Below are positions 8,394 to 18,375 of a stretch of DNA of 64,000 nt, one piece after another; within the stretch, counting starts at the first letter, position 1, and each line of letters starts with the position of its first letter. The notes under the pieces were generated by a model. It was not told the origin of the DNA. It was given only the letters and a program-made list of their open reading frames with translations, and did not search any database. This DNA comes from Candidatus Nomurabacteria bacterium (GTDB lineage Bacteria; Patescibacteriota; Minisyncoccia; Phycocordibacterales; UBA5272), in NCBI GenBank assembly GCA_028286645.1, contig JAQBRF010000004.1, positions 205,192 through 269,191 on the forward strand, in the 5' to 3' direction. Made by a program: the position numbers and the translations under genes.

Positions 8394-9164
8394 ATGAATG
8401 AAATATTTAGCTTCATCTCTCACTATATTTATGTTTATATCTGGGTTATATTTACGACCTTTATAAATATAATTGCTCCGGTGTCGGGGTCCGCTGTTGT
8501 AACTCCGGTCATTGCTTATGCTACTTCTCCGCAAAGAGCCGTTGGAATAGCTGCCTTCTTGTTTTTTCTTTCGGCAATCCACCGTATACATATGTTTAGA
8601 AAAAATATTCTTTCAGAAAAGAAAAATATTGACATAATTAAACATCTTCTGCCCTTTTCTATTGTCGGAGCAGTGGCGGGGGGATTCTTTGTGGCTTATG
8701 TAAATACGAAAGTTTTAGCAATCATAATCGTAGTCGTATCTTTATACTACATATTTAGAACACTTGTTGTTTTATACAAAAAGAACAATGAACAGAAAAA
8801 AACAAATAAATACGGAGGAATATTTATAGGTATTCTATCTGGATTCATGCAGGGCTCTGGTATGTCTGGAGGTGATATACGAGCAAATTATTTAAGATCT
8901 ATTGTCTCAGAAGTGAATGTGCGGGCAGTTAGCAGCGTCGTGGGGCTGGTTAATTTCTTTATCGCAGGAAGTATTTTGTTTTTACACAATAAGCTTACGA
9001 GGTTTGATATAATCTTTGTTATAAGTATATTCCCTTTTATTATTCTTGCGCAACTTTATGGAAAAAAGTTCTTGGATAAAATGAAAGACAGAAATGCAAA
9101 GATTTTAGCTATATGCTTATCAATATTTGGAATCGTGCTTCTTACTTATAAATACTTATTATGA
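8394..9164 (+). CDS. TauE/SafE-like permease family membrane protein
   Basis: Polytopic membrane protein with two Gly-rich repeats (PVSGSAVVTP.., GILSGFMQGSGMSGG). Start uncertain. Confidence 0.45.
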   Translation: MNEIFSFISHYIYVYIWVIFTTFINIIAPVSGSAVVTPVIAYATSPQRAVGIAAFLFFLSAIHRIHMFRKNILSEKKNIDIIKHLLPFSIVGAVAGGFFVAYVNTKVLAIIIVVVSLYYIFRTLVVLYKKNNEQKKTNKYGGIFIGILSGFMQGSGMSGGDIRANYLRSIVSEVNVRAVSSVVGLVNFFIAGSILFLHNKLTRFDIIFVISIFPFIILAQLYGKKFLDKMKDRNAKILAICLSIFGIVLLTYKYLL

Positions 9165-9688
9165 TTACTATAATCTTTGAGGCTCATGGAACAACTTACG
9201 ATAACGAGCAGCATTTATCTTCTGGGTGGAATGATGTTGAGCTTTCAGAACGAGGAATAGAACAATCAAAAGAACTGGGCGAGCGTTATAAAGATGATCA
9301 ATTTGATGCTATTTTTACATCAGATTTAAAACGCGCATACGATACTGCAGAAATAGCTTTTGAAGACAGGTTCAAAATAATTACAGATGAAAGACTTAGA
9401 GAATGTAATTATGGAGACTTTACCCAACAGCCTAGTGAGATTGTGGATGTGGAAAAACCAAGAAGGATTTATGACAGATTTCCAAATGGGGAAAGCTATG
9501 AAGAAACAACTATTCGCATGAAAGAATTTTTAGAAGAGCTTCGTGAAAATTATAGTGGAAAGAAAATAATGATAATTGGCCATAGAGCTACCCAATATGG
9601 ATTAGATTATTTGATAAAAGGAATCTCGCTGGAAGAGCTTGCTTCCACTCCATTTAAATGGCAGCCGGGGTGGGAATATAATTTTTAA
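9161..9688 (+). CDS. histidine phosphatase (phosphoglycerate mutase) family protein
   Basis: IFEAHGTTYDNEQHLSSGWND.LSERG....ELGERY; 4-nt overlap with the upstream gene. Confidence 0.55.
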   Translation: MITIIFEAHGTTYDNEQHLSSGWNDVELSERGIEQSKELGERYKDDQFDAIFTSDLKRAYDTAEIAFEDRFKIITDERLRECNYGDFTQQPSEIVDVEKPRRIYDRFPNGESYEETTIRMKEFLEELRENYSGKKIMIIGHRATQYGLDYLIKGISLEELASTPFKWQPGWEYNF

Positions 9689-9718
9689 TCTTTAAAAGAT
9701 TGATTCACTTTTTAATAT

Positions 9719-10120
9719 ATGAAAATCATTCATAAAATCGCAGCTGTTGTTATACAAGATAATAAGTTTCTTATGGTTAGAAAGAAAGGTAAGGACATAT
9801 GGACGAGTCTAGGCGGTCATCCTGAGGAAGGAGAAACAGAAGAACAAGCTCTTATCCGAGAAACAAATGAAGAGATGGGATGTTCGGCTAAAGTGATTAA
9901 AAAAATAGGAGACTTTGAAGCTCCCGCAGTTTTTGATGATGCGATGGTGAGGCTATCTACTTACCTAGTAGAGTTAGAGGGAGATATAATTTTTGAAGAT
10001 CCAGAATTAGAAGAATATAAGTTTTTAAGCAAAGAAGAAGTAAATAATGTGAAGTTGCCAGATTCAATAACCAAGCAAATTATTCCCTACTGCATAAAAA
10101 ATGGTTTGCTAATGTGGTAA
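9719..10120 (+). CDS. NUDIX hydrolase
   Basis: Nudix box GGHPEEGETEEQALIRETNEEMG. Confidence 0.75.
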   Translation: MKIIHKIAAVVIQDNKFLMVRKKGKDIWTSLGGHPEEGETEEQALIRETNEEMGCSAKVIKKIGDFEAPAVFDDAMVRLSTYLVELEGDIIFEDPELEEYKFLSKEEVNNVKLPDSITKQIIPYCIKNGLLMW

Positions 10121-10185
10121 TGTTATTCCTTAAATTGAGATATTTAGATAAAAAATGCGACGCTTTCGCGCCGCAACTCCATCAT

Positions 10186-11022
10186 TTACTTTCTTGCAGT
10201 GAGATATCCGAGCTCTGGATTATTTATGTAATCTTTCCAGAATTCTTCTCCGAAAAGGCTTAGGCCCTCTTCGGAAACGATTGGCCGGTGCCATTGTACC
10301 TCCGGGAACCCTACCTCCCTCAGCTGTTTTTCGATTGTGTCTGCTGTATAGTAAACAGCAGACAATGTGCAGATTTCCTCCTCTTCGTTGTACAGAGTAA
10401 TGCGTAAAACACCCTCATCCACCGACCCGCCCGGCACATACTTCATTGCCCCGAACCTTTTGAGATTCGTGTCGTTAGGAAGGTCGACAAGCAGTATAAC
10501 TTTTCCACCCTCCGACAAGCTGGTATATAGTTGGCGGAAAAGCTGGCGAAGTATGGGAGTGGTACGCGCGTAATTTGTCACAAACGGAATGACGATGACA
10601 TCTGCCGACGGAAGATTGTCGACAAAGACATCCTTCAATATGTACTCAATCCGTGGGTGGCGTGAGACTTTGGCAGCAAGCGCAAGCTGAGCTTGTGAGT
10701 TGTCGATTCCGTACACACGTCTTGCATTAAGTCCGGCAAGTGGAACCGTAAAGAACCCATCCCCACACCCGACATCAAGGACAACTCGATCTTCGCAATC
10801 GCCGACTAGCTTGAGCACGGTCGGCAACATAGAGTATTGCTTGTCAGGTTTGATATTTGACTTCTTGTAGGTCACTGCTAGCAAGTCGTAGTTGTTCAAT
10901 CCACGACTTGCACCGAAGAAGAAGCCATCAAGCCATGCTACGAATCCACCATTTTTCGCAAGCGCCCACCTCCAGAACAGATAGGCGATGGCATTCCGAC
11001 GTCCTGGGATACAAATAATCAC
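10186..11022 (-). CDS. class I SAM-dependent methyltransferase (GC-rich insert)
   Basis: Motif I VLDVGCGDGFFTVPLA, then DNS.., Rossmann-fold MTase. Locally about 50% GC. Confidence 0.6.
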   Translation of the reverse strand: MIICIPGRRNAIAYLFWRWALAKNGGFVAWLDGFFFGASRGLNNYDLLAVTYKKSNIKPDKQYSMLPTVLKLVGDCEDRVVLDVGCGDGFFTVPLAGLNARRVYGIDNSQAQLALAAKVSRHPRIEYILKDVFVDNLPSADVIVIPFVTNYARTTPILRQLFRQLYTSLSEGGKVILLVDLPNDTNLKRFGAMKYVPGGSVDEGVLRITLYNEEEEICTLSAVYYTADTIEKQLREVGFPEVQWHRPIVSEEGLSLFGEEFWKDYINNPELGYLTARK

Positions 11023-11116
11023 GGGAGCCCCCTGTCGTTATGTTGTGGTCTAATCCTAAACTACCATAGAATTTATTATCGTCCAGGATAACCAATAAAC
11101 TTGATATACTTAGTGC

Positions 11117-11656
11117 ATGAAAAATGCAATCATCTTACATGGAACCGGTACCCTCAATTCTGATTTTTGGTTTCCGTATATAAAGGAAAACTTGAAAGTA
11201 AAAGGATACGAAGTGTGGCTCCCTCAACTTCCAAATGCAGATGTGCCTAACTTAGAAGAGTGGCTGCCGTTTGTATTAAGACAAGGAAAGTTTTTAGAGG
11301 AAACAGTTATAATTGGGCATTCTGCGGGATCGCAATTAATTTTAAATATTTTAGAAAAAATTGACGTAAAGATTAAGAAAGCAATTTTGGTTTCGGGGTA
11401 TGCAGAATCATTGCGTGAAAGTGAGATATCAGAAAATAAGCCTGAACTTGATTGGGAGGGAATAAAAGAACACGCAGAAGAGTTCATATTTATAAATTCA
11501 GACAATGATCCTTGGGGCTGTAATGACAAGCAAGGGAAGATTATGCAAGATAAGTTAGGTGGAAAATTAATAATTCTTAAAGGTGAGGGCCACATGGGAT
11601 CCGCAACTTATAATCAGCCGTATAAAGAATTTCCTTTGATTGCAGAATTAATATAA
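11117..11656 (+). CDS. alpha/beta hydrolase, YdeN/RBBP9-like serine hydrolase
   Basis: ILHGTG.....WF...L...G, nucleophile elbow GHSAG, ~180 aa. Confidence 0.55.
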   Translation: MKNAIILHGTGTLNSDFWFPYIKENLKVKGYEVWLPQLPNADVPNLEEWLPFVLRQGKFLEETVIIGHSAGSQLILNILEKIDVKIKKAILVSGYAESLRESEISENKPELDWEGIKEHAEEFIFINSDNDPWGCNDKQGKIMQDKLGGKLIILKGEGHMGSATYNQPYKEFPLIAELI

Positions 11657-11688
11657 AAAACGCGCCCCATATTTTGGGCGCTTAAAAT
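11655..11688. terminator. bidirectional intrinsic terminator
   Basis: aaaaaa-cgcgcccc-atatttt-gggcgc-ttaaaat between convergent genes. Confidence 0.55.
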
Positions 11689-12035
11689 GGAACATCGATG
11701 TCTTCGTAGTCGTTAAGGTCTCCTGAATCGTCCTCTACCACAGTCTTGAGCTCTGTTCGGGGTTCAATACCAACCGACCCATCCAAGTATCGGACAAGTA
11801 CTTGGGTGGTGACGAGCTTGTAGCTTGTCGCAAGAAAGCTTTCTTCTTCCTGGACGTCTGCCATCTCTTCGTAAGGACAAACAGGTTGCGCGTGCCTGCG
11901 AAGGACATCTAGCTTTCCCGTGTTAAACCTGTTTACCTGTCGTGCGTAAACTGTTCCTTGCATAATCTGTGTTCCACACAGGTCGCAGTAATACGGCTTT
12001 CTTGCCTTTTTTATATATCCCCAAACAAAATCCAT
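11682..12035 (-). CDS. hypothetical Cys-containing protein (GC-rich insert)
   Basis: 117 aa, YYCDLCGT...C..C suggests a zinc-ribbon-like N-terminus and an acidic C-terminus. Confidence 0.4.
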   Translation of the reverse strand: MDFVWGYIKKARKPYYCDLCGTQIMQGTVYARQVNRFNTGKLDVLRRHAQPVCPYEEMADVQEEESFLATSYKLVTTQVLVRYLDGSVGIEPRTELKTVVEDDSGDLNDYEDIDVPF

Positions 12036-12151
12036 GGGCCATCTCCAAGAACTTAATCATTTAATCTTAGCTTATTAAACAAATAAATAAAAGATGGACT
12101 GCTCATGTATAGGCTAATATTTCATACAATTACTCTGTTATACTCAGCTTA

Positions 12152-12877
12152 ATGAAAACACCTGAATTTGGTCAACAAACACAAATTGAGACACCTGTTG
12201 TACCTGAATTAAGTCATTTAAAGAATCCCGCAGATGCCATTATGCTTTGTATAGATTCACCGGATGATATTACCGAAGAGACTATTAATAAGGTGAAAAT
12301 GATAACTAGGAATGGGGAAAATATTGATTTCTTTAAAAAGACAGCTGCCATCGTTTCCGAAGTGAACGATCAGGATAAATATTCACGAGAATATAGAAAT
12401 TGTACTGGGACTATTGTTGTGGGAAGATCAAGCGCTGATCCCACAAAAAACATTTCTCTCCTTTCACATCAAATGCCTTATGAGCTTTATGTAAGAGATA
12501 GTTTTATTGCAGAACTTAAGAAAAAAATAGAAAAGCTTAAAATGGATTCTACTCTCGGGACTATTGATGCCATAATAATCGGAGGGAATGAACTTAATGA
12601 TGAATTTAGGGAGTATACAGATTCGATTATAGACTTAAATAAAATTATTAAAGATTCTTTGGGATTTGATGCTATCGTGGCCATAGGGCCGAATATCTCA
12701 CCACGTGGTGATAGGACAGGAGTAAATACAAATATATATTTTGATAATTCTAATCGTAGGCTTTATGTTATTAGAGCGGAACAGCCAGAAAATATCACCA
12801 ATAAAAGCTTTGCACCAGAGGATATAGAAAAAGAAAAAGAGGAGTGGACAAAAAGCCTAGAAAAGTCTAAAAAATAA
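12152..12877 (+). CDS. hypothetical protein
   Basis: 241 aa, Rossmann-like alternation (GTIVVGRSSADP...IDAIIIGGNE); no confident family. Confidence 0.35.
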   Translation: MKTPEFGQQTQIETPVVPELSHLKNPADAIMLCIDSPDDITEETINKVKMITRNGENIDFFKKTAAIVSEVNDQDKYSREYRNCTGTIVVGRSSADPTKNISLLSHQMPYELYVRDSFIAELKKKIEKLKMDSTLGTIDAIIIGGNELNDEFREYTDSIIDLNKIIKDSLGFDAIVAIGPNISPRGDRTGVNTNIYFDNSNRRLYVIRAEQPENITNKSFAPEDIEKEKEEWTKSLEKSKK

Positions 12878-12900
12878 TAAAATAAATTTTCTTATTAAGA

Positions 12901-13362
12901 TTATAAAATCTTCTCTAAACTAATATCAATTTCATTAAATCCATTTTTCTTATAAAACTTTAAAGCTTTTTCATTTGCAATATACGTATTAACAAATACT
13001 TTTTGATATCCATTTTGCTTTCCCCATATAAAACATTCTTCCATGAGTTGTTTACCTATTCCTTTGGATCTATATTCTGGGATAACTCCCATATTTTCTA
13101 TTTCTAAATACTTACTCTTTCTATAATCTATAAGCTTTTCTATAGCAGTCAGGTAGCCAATTGCCTTACCACCATCTTCAGCTATAACCTTAAAAACATC
13201 TTGGTTAACTAATATATCGGAAAAATACTTCCGTCCCTTTTCTCCTTTTGACCAATTCAAATTTAAATCTGAATCATATTTTGCATTGTCTACAAAGACT
13301 TCATCATTTAATGTCTGCAAAATAGATAGATCCTCGAGTGTAGCTAGTCGTATATTTATCAT
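12901..13362 (-). CDS. GNAT family N-acetyltransferase
   Basis: ...GYLTAIE....ENMGVIPEYRSKGIGKQLM (acetyl-CoA binding motif A). Confidence 0.65.
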   Translation of the reverse strand: MINIRLATLEDLSILQTLNDEVFVDNAKYDSDLNLNWSKGEKGRKYFSDILVNQDVFKVIAEDGGKAIGYLTAIEKLIDYRKSKYLEIENMGVIPEYRSKGIGKQLMEECFIWGKQNGYQKVFVNTYIANEKALKFYKKNGFNEIDISLEKIL

Positions 13363-13383
13363 AATGAAAGTATAGCAATTTAA

Positions 13384-14127
13384 TTGGTATACTTCCTTTA
13401 TATGGACAAACAGGAGTTACTAAGTAGAATAGTTAAACTAAAGCAATTTTTCGATGAGGGTAAAATCCCTACTATATCTAATCATGAAATACATCCAAAT
13501 TATCCAAAAGAGAGTCGAGAAAGATATTTATACTTCACCCTTCCGCCATGTTTAAACTTTCAGAGAAGCTCCCCTGCTATGTGGCAAGCCGCATATTCTA
13601 CATGGAATGACCCAGAAACTAATTATTTATTTTATCCAGAAAAAGTTGTAATAACTCCTTACGAAAAAATTCAGAAAGATTTAGTGAAACACAAACTTTC
13701 TTTACAAAGAAATAAACACACTCAAATATGGATATCAATATGCAAGTCATTACATGAACGGTTTGATAGCGATCCTAGAAAGTTAATTGCCCTTCATAAT
13801 TCATCAGTACTAAAGGTGATTGAATATCTTAGGGAGAATAAATCAAGTTTTCCTTATTTAAATGGCCCTAAGATGTCTAATTACTGGCTTTATATTTTAG
13901 ACCATTATACTGACATTAAAATAAAAGATAAGCATCTGCTCTCCATTATTCCAGACACTCATGTAGCGCAATGCTCTATACATTTAAAATTAACCCAACT
14001 GAATGCAACTCCAGAAGTGATAGCGAAGGCGTGGTTTGATTTATTAGAGGGACATGTGATTACTCCAGTAGAAATGCATCCAGTGCTTTGGAATTGGAGT
14101 AGAAACAACTTTTTACCGGAGGTTTAA
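13384..14127 (+). CDS. hypothetical protein
   Basis: 247-aa ORF, no confident motif. Confidence 0.35.
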   Translation: MVYFLYMDKQELLSRIVKLKQFFDEGKIPTISNHEIHPNYPKESRERYLYFTLPPCLNFQRSSPAMWQAAYSTWNDPETNYLFYPEKVVITPYEKIQKDLVKHKLSLQRNKHTQIWISICKSLHERFDSDPRKLIALHNSSVLKVIEYLRENKSSFPYLNGPKMSNYWLYILDHYTDIKIKDKHLLSIIPDTHVAQCSIHLKLTQLNATPEVIAKAWFDLLEGHVITPVEMHPVLWNWSRNNFLPEV

Positions 14128-14172
14128 TTCTTTAATAATAAAAAGACTGCATCACCTCGGGAGATGATGCAG

Positions 14173-14544
14173 CTATCGTGCGATTGCTACAGGACTACTC
14201 TCTGCAGTATTTCTCGATTCCGAGAATCCTTTTTTCCTCTGCAGTGAGCAGGAGTGGGGTAGTGAAGTCCAGTTCTCGCTCGAGGTAGACGCCGAAGATA
14301 GGAGGACCGCCTCTCCGTTAAAAAGTACGGTAAAGAGAAGTTTTTTGGAGTATTTTCCCGGTTCGATGTTAAGCACCGTTCCTACTTCTCCCGAGTGTCC
14401 ATCCCAGAGCTTGTAGAACCTCTTAGGCAGCCATCGAGGAACCCGCACTTTCGCTTCTTTTAGATATTGCGGGTGCTCCCGAGATGCCTTTAATTCTTTC
14501 AAGGCTTCCCTTACCTGCGTAGAGGTAATTTCTGTTTTAGTCAT
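14173..14544 (-). CDS. hypothetical protein (GC-rich insert)
   Basis: 123-aa ORF, higher GC than flanks. Confidence 0.3.
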   Translation of the reverse strand: MTKTEITSTQVREALKELKASREHPQYLKEAKVRVPRWLPKRFYKLWDGHSGEVGTVLNIEPGKYSKKLLFTVLFNGEAVLLSSASTSSENWTSLPHSCSLQRKKGFSESRNTAESSPVAIAR

Positions 14545-14627
14545 AAGAACCTTCCAGCTGTTATGGTATGTAGAAATACTATTATATTTATTAAGATTTG
14601 TCGATATAAAAAACCGCTGGGCGAACC

Positions 14628-15338
14628 ATGCGGCGTAGTGTTGCTCGCGATTACTCTTTCCTTTATATCACTTGCTATACTTCCCTTATGCAAGTCACTT
14701 CCCTTCATAAACATTATGATCTTCTTCAAAGTATCCATGGCGATAAAAATCTAGTATCTGTATATGGGGCAGGTAAAATCAATAAACCAAAAGTCTGTTT
14801 TATTTTTATGAATCCGACTTCGAGAAATATATCTACTTCGCCAGATTGGAAAGGTTTAAGAGCTCCATGGCTTGGTACTAAAAGTACATGGAAACTCTTT
14901 GCTCAAATCGGCATATTAAGCGAGAAGTTGAATATAGAAATACAAAATAAGAAGCCCGGTGACTGGGATGAAGAATTTTGCCAAAAAGTATACAAGGAAG
15001 TCAAAAAAAATAATTACTTTATTTCCAACTTGGCTAAATGCACTTTTCATGATTCAACGAATCCTTCAAATAAAGTTTTTAAAGAATATAGAGAGCTAAT
15101 GCTTCAAGAAATAGAGATACTTAAACCAAAGATAATCATTTCATTTGGTAATCAGGTAAGTTCTATTTTACTAGAGAAGGCCATAAACATTGGCGAAACT
15201 CGTAAAAAATCACTTGATTTAATAGTAAACAAAAAGACTTATAAAGTCTTCCCGGTGTTTTATCCAGTAGGGCAAGGAATGAGAAATATTGGTAAATCTA
15301 TTGAAGATATTAAATTTATAATAAAACTGATAGAATAA
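14628..15338 (+). CDS. uracil-DNA glycosylase superfamily protein (MUG/TDG-like motif)
   Basis: KVCFIFMNPTSRN resembles the GINPG motif region of UDG family 2. UDG-sized. True start probably at an internal Met. Confidence 0.4.
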   Translation: MRRSVARDYSFLYITCYTSLMQVTSLHKHYDLLQSIHGDKNLVSVYGAGKINKPKVCFIFMNPTSRNISTSPDWKGLRAPWLGTKSTWKLFAQIGILSEKLNIEIQNKKPGDWDEEFCQKVYKEVKKNNYFISNLAKCTFHDSTNPSNKVFKEYRELMLQEIEILKPKIIISFGNQVSSILLEKAINIGETRKKSLDLIVNKKTYKVFPVFYPVGQGMRNIGKSIEDIKFIIKLIE

Positions 15339-15347
15339 CTAAATTAT

Positions 15348-15881
15348 ATGAGAACACATCGCCCCTATGAAATACGCGAGTATGATCCTAAGTGGAAGGA
15401 CTTATTTTTTGAATATGCTGAAGCGATAAGACCAATATTCGGTAATAACCTTATAGCAATAGAGCACATGGGGAGTACCTCAATAGAGGGAATGGTCGGA
15501 AAACCACAAATAGATATTTTAGTTATTGTTAAAGATTTATCAAAAGTAAAAGAGCAATACGAAGAGTTTAGGTTAGCGGGCTTTACTCCACAAGGAACTG
15601 AATATGTAGGAATTGGAGACGAATATTTTACAAAGGATGATTTAAATGGCATGCGTCTTGCCGGTGTGCATACATTTCAAGAAGGTCATCCAGAAATAGC
15701 CGAGACTCTTTTATTTAGAGATTATTTAAGATCTAATAAAGAAGATAGAGATTTATATATTGATACAAAGAGAAATCTATATGCAGAACATAAAGATAAT
15801 TACAACGGTTACGATAGCGGCAAAAAGAATATTATTAATGAAATAAAATTTCGGGCAAAAGAATGGTTAAAGAATATATAG
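15348..15881 (+). CDS. GrpB family protein (UPF0157 nucleotidyltransferase-like)
   Basis: ...AIEHMGSTSIEGMVGKPQIDILVIV... is the GrpB signature. Confidence 0.6.
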   Translation: MRTHRPYEIREYDPKWKDLFFEYAEAIRPIFGNNLIAIEHMGSTSIEGMVGKPQIDILVIVKDLSKVKEQYEEFRLAGFTPQGTEYVGIGDEYFTKDDLNGMRLAGVHTFQEGHPEIAETLLFRDYLRSNKEDRDLYIDTKRNLYAEHKDNYNGYDSGKKNIINEIKFRAKEWLKNI

Positions 15882-15892
15882 AGTAAGGGTTA

Positions 15893-16267
15893 TTAAAATG
15901 CCCCTAATTCATTCTTTGAATTGGTAGGTATTTGCTGGCCAACATCCCACATTTCTGTAATCTTACCATCTTCAAACTTCATTATATGCACTACAATCAG
16001 TCCCTCTTCCTCTTTATTGAATCTTAAATGAGAATGTGCTATCACTATGTCTCTTTCTTCTATCAAATGCTTTATTTCAAAAAGTTTATCAGGGTGTAGG
16101 CTCTGATTTTCCAGCATCCCCTTTTTTAAAGAGTCAGGATCACTTGAGAAATACATGTTGTGATGTTTAAAATTATCACTTATATATTTAGCAAACGCCT
16201 CTTCTATGTTCCCCTTTGTAACGAGTTTTAAAAATGACGACGCCAGATCTTTATTTGACTTATTCAT
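15893..16267 (-). CDS. SnoaL-like / NTF2-family protein (ester cyclase-like)
   Basis: 124 aa, FLKLVTKGNIEEAFAKYISDNFKHH and C-terminal ITEMWDV pattern. Confidence 0.45.
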   Translation of the reverse strand: MNKSNKDLASSFLKLVTKGNIEEAFAKYISDNFKHHNMYFSSDPDSLKKGMLENQSLHPDKLFEIKHLIEERDIVIAHSHLRFNKEEEGLIVVHIMKFEDGKITEMWDVGQQIPTNSKNELGAF

Positions 16268-16325
16268 ATTATGATTATAACAAAAGACTTACTCTGCCGC
16301 ACTTTGTTAAGTTATACTAAAACCA

Positions 16326-17009
16326 ATGAAAAGATATTTAGAAATACTTGTTGCTCCTCTATGTGTCTTGCTTCTTTTTATTATCGTTGGACTTATTTGG
16401 AATGGTTTAAATCTTCCCCCTCAACAAGAGCTAATGATAACTATAAAAGATTATTTCAATTCATATGGTATTTGGCTGGTATTCCTCGCATCAATCTTAG
16501 AAGCGGCATTTGTCGTGGGGGCATATATGCCCGGCAGCTTAGTTATATTCTTAGGAGTCATATTATCTATAGGAAATCCCATAAAAGCTATTTTGGTTGT
16601 ACTGAGTGTAATCGTTGGATTCTTAATAGGATTTTCAATTGATTTTATATTGGGGCGATATGGTTGGTATAAATTACTTGCTCACTTTGGATTTAAAAAA
16701 GCCATTGAAAGCACTAAAATAAGAATTCAAAAATATGGATATAGCATTCCTTGGATTGGATATCATAATCCAGATTTAGGATCATTAGTTGCAACCTCAT
16801 ATGGAATACTAAATTATAATTATAAAAAATTTTTATTAATTACTGTGCCTCCTGTAATGGCCTGGTGTGCATTTTGGGGATTTATAACATATATCTTTGG
16901 AAATAGCATATTTAATATTCTAGGATATAAAACATTGATTATAGTGCTTGTAGTTTGGGTGGCTGTTAGAATTGTGGAAGTGAGATTTGTAAATAAGGGT
17001 AATTTTTAA
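16326..17009 (+). CDS. DedA/VTT-domain membrane protein
   Basis: YGIWLVFLASILEAAFVVGAYMPGSLVIFLGV matches the DedA core. Confidence 0.55.
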   Translation: MKRYLEILVAPLCVLLLFIIVGLIWNGLNLPPQQELMITIKDYFNSYGIWLVFLASILEAAFVVGAYMPGSLVIFLGVILSIGNPIKAILVVLSVIVGFLIGFSIDFILGRYGWYKLLAHFGFKKAIESTKIRIQKYGYSIPWIGYHNPDLGSLVATSYGILNYNYKKFLLITVPPVMAWCAFWGFITYIFGNSIFNILGYKTLIIVLVVWVAVRIVEVRFVNKGNF

Positions 17010-17023
17010 TATATACTTATATT

Positions 17024-17446
17024 ATGACATTTAAGGAATTTCTTGAAGATATTTATATAGATGTGCTCGTGTCTATTTTATTTATTGTTTATGTATTAAT
17101 GAATCCAATAAATACCGGGCAATATAGATTTGGAGTTTACTTAGCACTTGTGTCCTTCGTTCTGTGGCTTATATCAAGATTTCAATTGGGAAAATCATTT
17201 ACGATGAAAGCTGAGGCTAGAGAATTGATCACGCATGGAATTTACTCTAAAGTAAGGCATCCAATGTATTTATTTTCATCACTTATGATATTAGGGATAC
17301 TGCTCTGCTTAAATTACATCATAGGATATGTATTATTTATAATTCTCATCTATGTGCAAATAAGCAGAATGAAGAAAGAAGAAAAAACATTAGAAAGAAA
17401 GTTCGGCAACAAATATATTGAATATAAAAGCAAAAGCTGGTTTTAG
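17024..17446 (+). CDS. isoprenylcysteine carboxyl methyltransferase (ICMT/PEMT) family protein
   Basis: HGIYSKVRHPMYLFSSLMILG plus C-terminal EE..L...FG..Y.EY. Confidence 0.6.
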   Translation: MTFKEFLEDIYIDVLVSILFIVYVLMNPINTGQYRFGVYLALVSFVLWLISRFQLGKSFTMKAEARELITHGIYSKVRHPMYLFSSLMILGILLCLNYIIGYVLFIILIYVQISRMKKEEKTLERKFGNKYIEYKSKSWF

Positions 17447-17505
17447 TAGTTTAAAAATAGAAATTTTGGTAGTGTTAATATAAACCAATAAAGTGGAATC
17501 TGAAC

Positions 17506-17634
17506 ATGAGCAAAAAAAGCATAGTAAGCGTTTGTGATGACGTGATGTACGACGAACTTGAAGGAGCGTGTGCGTTATACGATCCGAGAAAATCAGGGCT
17601 AGTGATCCAAGACGGAGAACTCCTTGTAGCTTAA
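17506..17634 (+). CDS. very small GC-rich ORF (42 aa, Cys-containing)
   Basis: MSKKSIVSVCDDVMYDELEGACALYDP...; followed by a hairpin terminator near 17737-17770. Confidence 0.2.
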   Translation: MSKKSIVSVCDDVMYDELEGACALYDPRKSGLVIQDGELLVA

Positions 17635-17788
17635 CCTATTCGGTTGTAATCAAAGATACAGCGGATATTCAGTGGGGGGTCACCGCGCTAAACGCCTTGG
17701 ACGAACTCATCCTTTTCTCATATGGAAATTTACACTGACAATACCCTACCACCGAGGTTAGGGTATTTTTATTTGATATACTAATGAA

Positions 17789-18253
17789 ATGTTTAATTTA
17801 TTTAGAGAAATCCGTGAGTTAAGAGATGAGGGAAAATTGCATACTAAATTGATAAGCAGAACCAGGATGCTTTTTATAATTTCAGCAATATTATTATTTG
17901 TTGTCTTATTTAATATTTTCTTTAGAGATATTACCTTTCCTATTCTTTTATTGATTATGGGCCTCGCTATCATAGGCTTTTTCTTGGGATTATATGTATT
18001 TAGCCAAATGAATGTAGTTAATTGGAATGAAGAGGAGGAAATTTTAAAGTCTGGGAAAATGGATAAAGCGGGATGGTTTGCACTTGCGCTATACATAGTA
18101 TTCGAAATAAGTCTAAGAACTTTTTTAAATGCAAATTTCCCTACTTTTGTCATTCCACTGCTTTTATCAGGTATTTTCGGTACCATTTTAGGGCGAGCAA
18201 TTGGAACACTTGTAGAAATTCACAGAGTGTATGAATTTAATTATACAAAGTAA
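17789..18253 (+). CDS. membrane protein
   Basis: 154 aa, four hydrophobic helices. Confidence 0.4.
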   Translation: MFNLFREIRELRDEGKLHTKLISRTRMLFIISAILLFVVLFNIFFRDITFPILLLIMGLAIIGFFLGLYVFSQMNVVNWNEEEEILKSGKMDKAGWFALALYIVFEISLRTFLNANFPTFVIPLLLSGIFGTILGRAIGTLVEIHRVYEFNYTK

Positions 18254-18375
18254 GTATTATTACAGTCATTTCTTTATAATGTAGTTTGATATTTGAACAG
18301 TCGTCTGTTTCGATATCGCATTTGATATCGTGCAGATTTTCTACAATGAGTTTTAGAAAAGAAGAGGCAAACTTT

